A stretch of DNA of 63,480 nucleotides, counting the filler, from Pelomyxa schiedti (taxonomy: Eukaryota > Protista > Evosea), in the NCBI GenBank assembly GCA_020536535.1. It is 10 parts of 10 records of this genome, joined end to end, with 100 filler letters (N's around TTAATTAATTAA, not from the genome) between each part and the next. Parts side by side here need not be neighbours in the genome. Positions count along the whole stretch, not along the records: positions 1,961 to 15,327 come from JAHLWZ010001196.1; positions 15,428 to 26,297 come from JAHLWZ010000668.1; 8 more parts are not named here. One strand, 5' to 3'. Position numbers and translations under genes: made by a program. Of the stretch, positions 10,124 through 23,126 are shown piece after piece (positions within the stretch are counted from its first letter, which is position 1; each line of letters begins with the position of its first letter). The notes under the pieces are model-generated. The model saw only the letters and a list, made by a program, of their open reading frames with translations. It was not told the DNA's origin and did no database searches.

Positions 10124-12516
10124 ATGAGTGGGGAAGGGTGTCGAGGGTGTGACGGTATTATGGGAGCTGGTGTTGGTATCGACCTGGGCACGTCCTACTC
10201 GTCTGTTGCTGTATGTGTGGTATGTCGTATTAACATCCTAATTTTTTTAAACTAACGGACGGATGCAAAAGGGGGGCGTTGTCAGAGTATTGGCCAACGA
10301 GTACGGCCACAGGATGACCCCGTCGTGTGTGGCATTCACAGATTATGGGAGGTTCGTTGGTGATGCAGCCAGGAGCCTGAGGCCCATGAATTTGCACAAC
10401 ACTGTGTTTGATACCAAGAGGATCTTTGGGCGGAGATTTAGTGATGATTGCGTGCAGGGTGATAAGAATAGATGGCCTTTCCTGGTGTGTATTATTTCCT
10501 ATAGAGTTTTTTTGTCTATATTTATTATTTGTTGCTTGTTTGAGGTGCCTCTGGAGATTTACTCTTTACAAAAGAGTATTCAAGAAAATTCCACTGTAGG
10601 TAGTGGACAGGGATGACGAGCCAATGATTCAAGTGCAGTACAAGGGCACTCCCAAACATTTTTCTGCGGTGGAAATATCTGCAATGATTATTTCTCATTT
10701 GAAAGATATTGCAGAGAAACATATTGGGAAGCCTGTTAACGAGGCTGTCATAGCGTACATTCCCAGATTGCAATTCCCACTTTTACTTCCTGGTAGATGC
10801 CCCGCACATTTCACCGATTCCCAGAGATTGGCTACAAAAGAGGCTGGAGAGATTGCAGGATTAAAGGTTGTGAGAATCATCAACGAACCAACCGCTGCTG
10901 CATTCGCCTATGCCCTGCAGAACCCATCAACTGTTGCTCGTAAGATTGTCGTTTTTGACTTGGGAAGTGGCACACAGGATGTATCTCTTTTGAGAATTTC
11001 AGATAGCTTGTTTCAGGTGAAAGCAACTTCCGGTAACACACACATGGGTGGTGAGGACTTCACCAACCGTCTCCTTGACTACTGTGTTTCCGATTTCCAA
11101 ACGAAACACCTCAGTGTTACAACAGACATTCGGCAAGATCCAAGGGCAATGTATCGCCTCCACAGTGCCTGTGAGCGGGTGAAAAGAGAGTTGTCATTTA
11201 AGGTAACATCATGCCTGAGCCACAACTACTTTCTTTCCATTAATAGACAGCTGCAACCGTTGAAGTCACAGAACTTTATATGGGCATTGACTACAACACA
11301 TGCATTACAAGGGCAAAATTTGAGGAGCTAATCACGGATATGTTCAGTTCCAATATGGTGTCAGTTGCCAAGGTTCTAGAGCGCTCCGGGGTTGATAAAA
11401 GCTCCGTGGATGAAGGTCTTTATCAAAACCCTACCAAAACACTTACAACATCCTAGTTGTTCTCGTTGGCGGCTCTTCCCGCATCCCAAAAGTACAACAA
11501 CTCCTGCAAGAATTCTTCAACGGTAAACTGCTCAATACCTCACTTAACCCCGATGAAGCCATTGCCTACGGCGCCGCTGTCCAAGCCGCAAACATTCTCT
11601 CCAGTAATTCCAACTCTACATCGAATTCCGGCTCCAACAGCCCCCTGTCACTTAAGTTGCATGATGTGACCCCACTGACACTTGGACTAGAAATCGCGGG
11701 TGGACAGATGAAACCCGTGATACCAAGAAACACACCGCTACCTTGCACAAGGTGGGAATCGTTCTCTACTTATACTGACAACCAGCTCGGAGTGCTTATA
11801 CAGGTGTACGAGGGTGAGAGGGCCATGACCAAGGACTGTAACTTACTGGGAAAGTTCAACCTGGAAGGAATTGCACCAGTTCCAAAGGGAATTCCGGAGA
11901 TAGTGGTAACTTTCGCCGTGGACTCTGACGGGATTCTGAGTGTCACTGCTGAGGATGTTTCAACACGGAATAGGAGCAATCTGACAATAACCAATGACAA
12001 GCGATCAGAGTCACGCCGGCAGACTGTTCAGGCAATGCTCAGAGAAGCGCGAAGGCTTGGCGATGATGACATGGAACTGAGGGGAATCCTGGAATCCAAG
12101 AATCATCTCGAAATCTATGCATATACTCTGAGAGCCTCTATTACAAAAGGCCCTGCGGCCAAAAACATTGCTGCTGGTGACAGAGCAATGGTATTGGTTA
12201 TGTTGATGCTGTTGGTAGTTTGTATTTACATCTTCTTAGGTGGAACGGGCTTGTAAAAGAACAATAGAGTGGTTAGGTGCTAACCAGAACTCAACGAAGG
12301 CAGAGTATGAATCCCATAAAAGTCTGTTAGAGAGCACAGTGCAACCAGTGGTTGGCCGATATTCTCTGGAGCTTGTTGTTGAACCAACGGGATTATTACC
12401 GCATGACACTTCAAGGTATTGGAACCTAGCAATCAGCCTTCGCCTGTCCCTAACCTTTATGTACTAGTAGTACTGCCTGCACTCGTAAAGAAACAATGCT
12501 GGAGGAGGTGGACTAG
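10124..12516 (+). CDS. hsp70: Cytosolic-type Hsp70, divergent paralog, multi-exon
   Basis: [78 protein letters not shown]; the last exon ends MLEEVD* (TAG 12514-12516). Confidence 0.95.
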
Positions 12517-12609
12517 TATTATATCCTTTGTGTATAAACAGTGATTATATAATATCGCTTTTTGGCCAGGCTTTTTTCCCAGTACTCCGCACAGGTTTGT
12601 TGTGCATGG

Positions 12610-15323
12610 TCACGATCCTTGATTTGGAGTGTTTAAGGTGAACAGGCCAGGGAGGAAAACAAAAACCTTCAGTGATCTCACGGACCCACTCCTCCATGCT
12701 TCTTCTTGCTTCTGGCACTGAAAGGATATGATTTTGTATACTTTGCTCATAGGCTGCCAAAAGGTGTTGGATCAAACACAATCAACTGATGGGGATGACC
12801 TGTTTTATCAGCAAAGAATTGATGGGCCAAAGTGGAGTCCAGAGGGTCTTGCGTTTCAGGGAACAACAACAACCCATAAACGCAATCAAGAACCTGAAAG
12901 AAGAGTGAACGAGTGCGAACTGGATTGAGAATAAATACCATTGCCATTGTTGTGTCCGAAGTCCAGTTGCGGCCAAAAATCGAGTGGCAAACACGGCCAT
13001 ACGGATTGATGTTGCAATGAACAATCGGTGTGACGAATCGAACCTGGAGCGGAGCGGAAAGGGGAAATTGATCGGCCAAAGGAGATAGAGATACACAATA
13101 ATAATATGACAAACCTCGGGGCTGCAAAGAGGATAATCCACAGGAAACGAGGCATACAACAACCAACAACCACGAGAATAAGGGCTCGAAGATGGACCCC
13201 TCATTATCACTCTCCAAAATCCAACATCCTCCAAACACGGGAACACCTGGGGGTTTACGGTTATTAGTGCCAGAAAACAGTCTGATTGAAAGGCATGAAA
13301 TCAAACCTGGTAATCCGGATGTGCATGCCTCTGAATTCCGGCCAACTCCGAAAGAATTCTTCGGACCTGGTTGGGAGACCTCACAATCCCCGATTCGGGA
13401 CTTGTGGGTTCTGGTGATGTTGTTTCTGTGGCCTGGCGACTCAGCGTTGATGCAATAGTCGAACAAGGTTGGGACAACATGTCTGGGAGTTGATGGCTCT
13501 GCACACCGAGGTTAGAATGTCGATGCCGGAGGTCAATAAACACACCGGGACAATTCTGTCGTTGCACACATCTTTTGGCATCTTCTTGTATGAATCAAGT
13601 CCTGCTTCAGATTTGACCAATGGAACGTCTGTCCTGGGAGGCCTGTGGTAGTTTGTTGAATGAGTTTTCACAAACAGAGAGAACCCCATACCTCATTTCA
13701 GAAAATAAGAGCGTTTCCAACTCAACCAACTTGAGTGTGTCTTTCAGTGATTCGGGTGCAAACGACAACCCTCCTGTGTTGATGTTCAATTCGCGAAAAA
13801 AAAAAAGAGGTTGATTGACCTGTTGCTTTGCAGACGGCATGGAGAGAGTCATTTTTGTAACCTTCACAAATCATGATGGCGTCCAGAATGATATTGCTTG
13901 TCTGCAACAGATTGGCAATTTCGTGTGGCAATTCTTTTGAACATGTGTCTTTTCCATCTATTTTTGTTAAAGGGGTGTATCTCGCTCTGGTGTGCAACCA
14001 GTTAGGCATAATATGCGCTTGATACAAGTTGGTTTTATTTCAGCAAAGGTGTTCAAGGTGGAAGCTGCTAAATTGATTGCAGAAAAAAGTGCCGTGTTAC
14101 CTAAGTTTCATGAATATAAAGAAACCCCATTCAACTCACCACTCTCCACAGCAGATTCAACCTTGTGTCGAAATTCCTCAAAAAGAGGAGTAATATCACA
14201 TTCAAGTGATGCTTTGTCAGAAAAAAGTACGAGGCCAATTTGAACAGGATAGTTGTAAGCCTGGAGTAAATTTAGGTAAAAAAAAAAGTTACAACTACCA
14301 GTGAGCGATTGATAAATGAATTGAACAACTGCTTTACAGTGTTTATGCGATTCATTTTGGACTCAGGGCCGTCCCAACCTGGATCGGACAGCTCGACCTT
14401 GAGAGATAAGGCATTGCCCTCACGATAAACGCAATGCTGCCCCACAATATCACGGCACTCGAGTGGCGTTCCAACCTGTTTAATGGTTCTCAACAAAGCT
14501 TACAGAAAGAGGGAAATACTATTGTGCCATCAGAAGACTCCACAAGATCTTTCCACAAAGAAAAGAGACATGGTTCCACTCCCGTTTTCAACCAGGTCTT
14601 TAACTTGAGAGTCCTCACAGAACATCCCGCATCAATGTGGAACTGAACAGGAAGCATTCCTTTCCTCTCTGCAGTTATATTAACGGATTCTCCTTCATGG
14701 AAATCACTTCCATCACCAGCCTCCATTTGAAGAGTTTCCTCGTTTGTGATGCCATAATCAGAGAGCATGAAACTCCTCTTCAGGCATCGTTCTGGAAAGA
14801 GTTTAGATGTGGTCACCAAAAGCTTGGGAGACTACTCTTGTGTGTGAGGTGAAACCTCGGTGGAGCATCAATAATTTTGTCCGGAGAGTAAACAGTCGAT
14901 CCTTCCACAACACCAGAGGCTTCAAGTGTGGAGTCTGCGCGCAAACTACGCCCAAAAAAACTGATAATGCACTCTCTGGCACTGGGCCCACTTGTGACTG
15001 TCGCAAGTGGCAATGCTGAAATCAGAGATCCAACTGTGCACCGCTTCCACACTCTCAGGTGGAACGATTTCAAACCTGCTTGAGTGATAAGATCAATGTT
15101 GATGAGATCCTGTGGTCCAGTGGAGTGTGCTTCCAATATCGCTCTGTTCGGTTGCAATGAAGGCCAAAGGCGGGATGAAAGCAAACTGTGAATCTGGGTG
15201 GGTCCTGGTTATTCGCGAAGAGAGCGGGAGATGACAATTTACTTGTGAAATGATGAAACTGGGGTGAACGTCAAGGGTGACATATTCACCACCAGAAGTG
15301 TCCAAAGTTGGTACATTGGCCAT
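12610..15323 (-). CDS. Ubiquitin-like domains + vWA domain + E2 ubiquitin-conjugating domain fusion, multi-exon
   Basis: UBL segments (FFGRSLRADSTLEASGV; LSDYGITNEETL); vWA-like NRINTVKQLF...IGLVLF...RILCLT/DGKDT...ILDAIMI; E2 WRVIMRGPSSSPY..G...FPVDYP..PEVRFVTPIVHCNINPYGRVC with the catalytic Cys. Stop is at 12610, or 12545 if the last intron is not used. Confidence 0.85.
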
Positions 15324-16949
15324 TTTCNNNNNNNNNNNNNNNNNNNNNNNNNNNNNNNNNNNNNNNNNNNNTTAATTAATTAANNNNNNNNNNNNNNNNN
15401 NNNNNNNNNNNNNNNNNNNNNNNNNNNAAATGTAAATGAAATGAATAAACTAATTGTAAATTGAAGTGAAAATAATATTCTCATGTGATGTAGCTTTGGA
15501 TTTGATCCAGTGATTTCCTGAGCTTCCCATATGAGTGTCTAGCATTCCCGTGCTTAATAGAACACTTGCCGGGTATTGTATGTACTCAGAATTTTTAAAC
15601 CAACTTGCAATCATCGGGTTCTGGTAACTGGCACTTGCTTTTTCTCCCAACAACCATTTCATCCCTTTGTTTCAATCCTGTTCCTCCTCTTGCTTTGCCC
15701 AGTATTCCCATCCCCATCTTGGAGTTGTCTGATCTGATTCTAGCATACCCAAACTGAACCTTGCAAGGGAAAACTTCACAATGATCGTTCCCGACGCAAT
15801 TTTTTCGGAAATATGCTTGATCCGATCGCAAGTTGGATTAAAAACTCCCGAGTCGCTTTTTTTTTCCGAGTCGGATTTTCGGGGCCTACTGGAAAATCCG
15901 TACGTGTATTTTTAGTTTGTGTCATTCCCGAGCCGATTGATTGTTTTTCTCCGTGCAATTTTTTTGTCAAAATTTTTTCACGACTTTTGCAAACCACTGT
16001 ATGCTCGTCGCCCTGTTGTGCACACACAAGTGCAACAAAGACCACGCCAGGAACCACCATCACCTCAACAAGTATCTCTTGGGTTCCGCCATACACACCA
16101 CACAGCCGGCTGTTCCCCTGACGCCACAACAGGGTCAATCCCACCACCGTGTTTTACCAACGGTTGCATCAGTCAGCATGCAGGATCACGACAATACCGG
16201 CAATCACAGCAATCACAATATGTGGATGCTGTACCGCCATCGTCAGCACATCCCGCCACTGGTCCAGCAACGTGTGCCACACATCACTCCCTCATCACCA
16301 TCACAACCGTTGCTGTATGTTCCACCATCGCGCTACCAGCAAGCTGTATTGCCTGCACAACAACAACCTGCTGCTGTCCCACTCTGGCGCTGTGCTAGGG
16401 CAGCACATTATTAGAGAGGACTACTACTATTCGCCGGCTACTATATAATATTTTACTACTACCACTACTATTGACGCCGCTATTATTATTATTGTACAAA
16501 TAGTAATTCCGGGATTCGCACTTACTTGTACTATACAGGCCGCCTTGCAACTCCCTCCCTTTGGAAGGGTATAGGCATTCTGAGGAAGGGTGCATATCTT
16601 CTGAGGAGGAGGAGAGGGGAGGTGAACATCCTGTGGGGGAGGTGTAGTACACCCGCCATTCTGTATTTTGCACTCTTTGGGGGGGATGCATAAATACACA
16701 AGGCGGGTGGAGAGGGACGAACACACACACCCAGGAACTGAGGAAAGAAAAGGAAAAAAGAACAATCAGGACACAAGTAACACATGGCTCCTCATCACAA
16801 CGACGCGACGATGCGGAAATGCAACGAACACCGCGACGCCGTGATGGTGCAGGACTGAACGCCTTGCTACAGCTGAAGAGAAGGAAAACACGCGACAGGT
16901 GTATAGGGACAGGCGCGTCGAGCGTCGGCGATCACGCCGACACAACGCA

Positions 16950-19850
16950 GTACATGTACGAGTACGGCTATAAGCGTGCATTACGGAACGCCAGGCATAG
17001 ATATGCCCATTTAAGAGGTGCATAGGAGGTATGGGACCTGCCCCCAGACATAGAAAACTTTCTTGCACAATGCGTGCGTGGCCCTGACGATAGTTGTGTA
17101 TATAATGACATACTGAACTTCACAGCAATAGGCGTATCAGGAGATGATACGGTGTTGCAGGGTTTCATCATGCCGCGGTCCTACAGACCATGTGCCCTGC
17201 ACTGCAGGGTAATTATTTACCATCGAGTTATGGCACTGGATGCCATTAATAGCCCTATTGCATTCTGCTGCTTGGCAGCCATACAAATGTGGATCTGCAC
17301 ACGCAGAAGAGAATAAACTTCAGGCACTGCAGAATGCCTTGATCCAGTGCAACGATTTTGTGCCAAAGCTTCACCAGCTGGGGATTGGACCAGCGTAGAG
17401 GTTCCTTGCCAGAGTAGCTACGGAGTGTGCCACTATGTTTGCAGGTTACTGAGAATCCTGCGAGTCGTAGTCGACGTAATATTGTGGCTGCACTCGCCAC
17501 ACCACGTTCGCAACTGCAGTGTGGCTTTCTATGCAGCGGAACGAGACCAGCCAGGCTATGGACAACAGTAGTACGTTCCAATTACAGATGCTTTGTACGA
17601 AACGTTACAGTATCCTCTGTTTTATGCTCAAGGAGAGTTTGGCTGGAGAGCCACAGTAGAGAGCAGCACGAAGACAGCGACAAACGGGACCATATCCTTA
17701 TTGTAATACCCCTTCTGGACCTGTGGGCATGACCCAGGAATCCGACCCCGTGCCTTCTCAGTCTGCTGCGTTACAGTGCCACGACAGTTTACTGCGATAC
17801 ACACGTCTCTGCTTGCTTGCAGACAACGGACTATTAGGATCCTCCCGAATCACAGTAACTGCATTGGGACAATGCTGGATGTTGGACATGTGGCTTCGTA
17901 TACAGGATGACAGATTACATTACCAACAAAGTCATGTCAACACACGTCTGATTAGAACGAGTTCATACAAGCGGAGACAGAACACCTTCTGCCGAGGATG
18001 CACGTACAGCTACGCTTTCATCAGTGCTTATAGCTCCTCATAGATTGGAAGAAGCATATTTATGACCAGTTCATTTGTAGGTGGGCCACATTAGCGTCAG
18101 ACAAATCTTAAGGACAGCATGGTGCTGGTAAGTGATGGCGGTCCGCCTACATTTATGATCACGGTGACTATGAATCCACTTCATCCAACGTTGGCACGGC
18201 CCTGCGGAAACAGCTTATACAAGACCAGATCTTACAGTGCGGGTGTGCTTCGTACACTCCAGCAGCTTATCACTTACATTAACACAGGTGTTTCACTTGC
18301 TGCTGCTGGCAACATTGGCAAGGCTGCGTGTCCTGTTTGGAGAAGCTCTTGGGGGTGTTGACTGGATGCTGTACGTCATAGATTTTCAGAAGAGAGTACT
18401 GCCGCATTCCCATATACTTCTGCGAACAGATACCGCACCGTCTCTTGAGGAGATGCCCACATTCATCAGGGCAGAAATGCCCACTCAGGCCTGCTTACGA
18501 GATGGCAGGTGCAAGCGCCGTTTTCCAGAAGACACAGTAGTATATTGCTACAAAGGGGGAGATACTATGAAGGCTACAGTGGCTCTCAATCTTGATGAAA
18601 TACTACATATCAAACAATGTGGTACTCTCAGCCATCGAGGCAGCATGGCATATTATGGCATACAACATCACAGCACATATACAGAATACAATACACATTA
18701 CATATCTAAGATTGCTCATGTGGAATGAACCATTACCCACAGACAGTTTTGAAGTAAGGTGGGAGTTCCTCGTGTGTTCATACACGAGCGCCAGCGTGGA
18801 GACTGTGTGTCGTATTCAGAGGGTATACCCCACTGCAGGTGAGCGATACTACTTGCAGCTAATACTTCGTACGAAGCCCGCACTCATCTCGGCATGGTGC
18901 ATGGCACATATCGGGAAGCTGCACGGCACATGGGTCTCCTTGATGAGTATGACGAGTACGAATTGGCTTTCAGGGAGGCTATAGCATGTGCAAGCACACC
19001 CCATCAATTGAGGGTTTTTTTCTTGCTATACTTGCTGTAGATGGAGCACCAATAGGGGCTCTGTTTAATACATTTGTTGCAAAAGACTTCTACATTGGTC
19101 TGCAGTCGACGGTCCCTGACAGGGCAGAACGGCAAGTCCGAGCGGACAGGCAACTCTTGCAGTACTACTTTCTGATTTAGTACGGTATCGCTACTTTTTT
19201 ACGCTTCTACCTTTCGTGATGTATCTCATAGGGAATCTCATGACTTCGGTATGCCTGATCCCCCTGTAGAAAACGATACTACTACTGAGATGTAGTGTGA
19301 AATGTGTAAATACCATAGAGGCGCAGCGGCAATATGTTGCAGACACAGAACGGCTTCTGTAGGAAGAACAGAATTAAATTGCACATGTAATACATGACGC
19401 ACTCAGCGCTCCTAGTGGGGGTTGTTATTTCGTAAGGCAAAGGCTGGTGCAGGCAATCTTGGGAAATACATCTTGGCACAGCACCGTATGCAATCAGTGT
19501 TATGCTTGGTGGTTGCAACGAGTGGACTGGCGGCCAAGCAGTACCCTGGAGGAAGGACAGCCCATGCTATGTTTGGTATTCCTATTAGAGCTGACAGTGG
19601 AGTTACAGAGAGTACGGAGACGGTGACGTCCTCCTTTCGGCTAGCAGCCAACATGCTGATCTTCTACGTCACGCATCACCACTTCACTGCCCATGGCAAA
19701 CAAGAATGATGTTGAAGTGGTTGGCCACTTTAGGTAATGGGACTTTTCCTTTGCTACCAGACACAGACTCTTTCGTTCTCCTACGCACACTTGATGCAAC
19801 CAGTGTATATCACACCTGTGACGCCATAATTTTCACCTTTCATTTCTTGA
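16950..19850 (+). mobile_element. Decayed Helitron RepHel (HUH Rep + PIF1 helicase) pseudogene
   Basis: Ordered motifs across frameshifts and stops: YNDILNFTAIG, IYHR, QCWMLDMWLRIQDDRL, SSFVGGP..DSM....GPPTFMITVTMNP, YVIDFQKRVLPHSHILL (HUH), CKRRFP, YCYKGGD, SAIEAAWHI, GERYYLQLIL, VATSGLAA..YPGGRTAHAMFGIP, WLATLGNG. The helicase C-terminus is missing. Confidence 0.92.
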
Positions 19851-20263
19851 TCAGCTTGATGAAGTGGTACAGAGCAGGTGCTTTGCATGACAAATGACAC
19901 TTGCATGTACGGCCTGTGTATATATCTACAGGTATTCTTTGTGTAAACGATTACTCCATACCATGCATTACTTTTACATCCCGCCTGAGTGGACTGTTGG
20001 GCACCGCAATGACGAAGCCGGAGCTTTTTTACAAGCTTCGGTATGCAGCATCCTGGTGCCTGAATTCGTACGCACAAGTTAATGCGGGGATTGTTCCATT
20101 GCACTAAAACCCACCATATCAAACAGATCGAGACCGCGGCTGAAGGATCCTGTGGTGTTTGCGATGATATTTGTGGTAGCTTCATGATCGTTGGGGAATG
20201 GTTTCACAAGACTTCCTCTGAGTACATAAAGCTGAACACATCAATTGAACATGCGGGGCCAAG

Positions 20264-20869
20264 TTGGGTGGGTTGACACAAAGTTGGGGCCGAGATATTT
20301 TCGACTTAAAAGTGGCACTTTTACTGCGCGAGCAGAACCAGTGTCCCAAACTGAAAAAAAAAAACACTCAACCATCTTCAGCAGAGGCGCCAAACAAACA
20401 CAACACAAAGCCGCACATGGAACGCACACCATGCGACGTTAGGAACGCAGATGACACGGAGGTGGATGCATACGAGGTCAACTACCCCGACGGCAACACG
20501 TTTTTCGAATACTTAGATGGCCACACAATGGTTCTTTCTTCGGGCCATCACAATCACACTGAGCTAACAAACTTACAGGTCCTTGACGGTGCGGGCTACT
20601 GGTGCTTCGCCAATCTGCTGGCTCCGACGAACGAACTCGTTGCGACTTCCATACGTGCACCCATAAGATCTGGCGCAACAACGCACTTTGATCCAGCAAC
20701 TGTCGACCACATTCCTCTGCACGTGCACGAACAACTCCCCTCAGATGACGGCCCGGGGTGGGCCGAGTTGCAGCACGAATGCGCTTGGTACCAGAGGCAC
20801 CTGGAGGCTGTGTCTACGCAGCCGCAGGTTCGTCAGACATCTCGGCAGCTTTATCATCCCTGCTCTTAA
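20264..20869 (+). CDS. Hypothetical ORF between the Helitron remnant and a repeat-derived region
   Basis: 201-aa open frame with no family recognised; first ATG at about 20417. Confidence 0.3.
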   Translation: MGGLTQSWGRDIFDLKVALLLREQNQCPKLKKKNTQPSSAEAPNKHNTKPHMERTPCDVRNADDTEVDAYEVNYPDGNTFFEYLDGHTMVLSSGHHNHTELTNLQVLDGAGYWCFANLLAPTNELVATSIRAPIRSGATTHFDPATVDHIPLHVHEQLPSDDGPGWAELQHECAWYQRHLEAVSTQPQVRQTSRQLYHPCS

Positions 20870-21419
20870 ACCACCGCCTTTCTGGGTCCACACCTATGGC
20901 ATTCCTATGAACATATGTAAATACAAAAACAGTTTTGGTTTTTCGCCTACACCGGTGTGCAGGCCCCAATTTGAAAAGCCGCGCGTACAAAAAACTGGAG
21001 GTGGCAGGAGTTTTTACACTTGGGAGGGTCGTTTGTTTGCGGTTGGAATGGGGGAGGAAAAAGGAAAAAAAAACGAGGGGTGGTTTGGGTCCACTATGCC
21101 GTTGTTTCATGTGCTTGAGGATGTATGCACTCCCACTTATTGCCAGTTGCCCTCTTGTACATTTTACAACACCTTCTTCATCTCATACTTCACAGTTTCG
21201 GCCTTTCAATCCCAAAAGGGCTCTGTCGTCGGTATGGTTTCTTCCTTTCTTGGTTATTAATTTAATTTGATTTAGACACCCGAGTCCGTATTTTTTTATT
21301 TAAGTTAAGTAATTATTTAATATTTAAGTTTGTTTTATTTTGTTTTCGTTCAGTTTTGTTTTGTTTTTGTTTTTGTTCTTGTTCTCACATCAACACAGTC
21401 ATTGAAGATAATGATGCCG

Positions 21420-22300
21420 AGAAGTGGGCACAGTGGTAAGTTTCCATTTATCTTCTCCGTTTGTATTTTTCGAGTTCTCACATTTTATAACCAGGTGGTA
21501 TTTTAGAGATTCGTTGAGAGGCAGACAGGAACAGGGAGACCTGGAGGCAAAAGCAGGCGCATACCCAGAAGAATGTGTGTGCAGCTCGGCTCCATTCCAC
21601 CGGTATTCGTCTTCTTTGAGTCCCCAATATACTCACCTCCAATCTCTAGGTACTTTCCTGTATTCAACCTACATGTAGTGGGAGTGCTGGCATTGGGGCC
21701 CTTTGACTTCCAGCAGCTCAGCCACTGGTATGTTTCTTATTTCTTATTTTTCTCATTTCACCTTGTACAGTAGGTGGTGGACTTGCCATGGTAAATCCCT
21801 CTCCCTTTCCATCATCACCCCACTCAAACGTACTAGAATAAGAGCCCAGACTGACGGAATGATGTGCTGCTCCGCTTTTCGTCAGGTTTTCACCCTCATT
21901 GTCTCCCCAGTATTTCCTCACTTCCAATCCCAGGTTTTTTTTTTCTTGTTCCCGCACTCAACTTGTGCTGAAATGGGTATTCTGCATTTCCGGCGGGTAT
22001 GTGACTTCTTTTTTATTTTTTCTGTCTCACATATAATATTATCTAGGTGGGAACTTATTGGTTTTGGAGCTGAGACCTATCACCAATGTACATTCCCTCT
22101 CCCTTTTATCATACCCCCACTCAACAACAGGTACCATAGATGCAAGAAGGACTGACGAATTGAGGTGCCTGGGGCTTCCGCCTTCACCTCCTCTCCCCCT
22201 CTCTTGCTCTTGCCACTCCAATACTACACATCTCACATCTGTGCTCCAACACGCCAGAATCCACTTCTCCCCCCTAATGTGCCCAGGCCTGAAGTCGATG
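21420..22300 (+). repeat. Diverged homolog of the internal, intron-containing region (about 33960-34460) of the TIR element
   Basis: Shared blocks TTTTCGAGTTCTCACA..TAACCAGGTG and TATCACCAA.GTACA...CCCCACTCAACAA...TAGATGC.AGAA..ACTGA.GAAT occur in the same order at both loci. Confidence 0.7.
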
Positions 22301-23126
22301 TTCGACTTCAGGGGAAAAAAAAAAATTTTTTTCACATTTTCAAGTTTTTCCCTCACTGAGAGTCTGCTTTGGAAGAGAGCAGGTAAGTGGGTGTCAGTGG
22401 GAGTGGGGTGATTATAAAAAGGGAGACTGCACCTTGGTGGCATGTCTGAGGCATTCTCGAAAGCTGTAGCAATGATGCATCACATGTAACTCAGGCCTTT
22501 TTTTTTTAAATGACTTTTGTTGTAATTGTAACAAAAGTAATTGCCAAAGTTTTAAGAGCAACTGTCACCCCAGGTGTTAAGGGTACCGAGCAAGTGACCA
22601 GCTTCACACATCTGAAGTGATGAACCTTTCAGCTTGCCTTGGATCAGCCCCATGGCATTATGGGATGGCTTCCCTGGGAAATCACAATAAGAGCACAGCT
22701 GAAGTGGGTTGGACATGGNNNNNNNNNNNNNNNNNNNNNNNNNNNNNNNNNNNNNNNNNNNNNNNNNNNNNNNNNNNNNNNNNNNNNNNNNNNNNNNNNN
22801 NNNNNNNNNNNNNNNNNNCCAGCTTCACACATCTGAAGTGATGAACCTTTCAGCTTGCCTTGGATCAGCCCCATGGCATTATGGGATGGCTTCCCTGGGA
22901 AATCACAATAAGAGCACAGCTGAAGTGGGTTGGACATGGTGGTTTCTGGTTTGTTTTGTATGACCCACTGGATTTTGGATGGGTGAACTCTGCCCCATAA
23001 TTGCACCCTGTGTTTGTTTTAAGTATGGCTGGTAAATAAAAGACGAGTAAGAAAGAAAGGTTACCTGCTGCTACCATAATTGCACACTTTGCCCCACTGA
23101 TTCACAGCCTGTGGGGCAGAGTAAGG

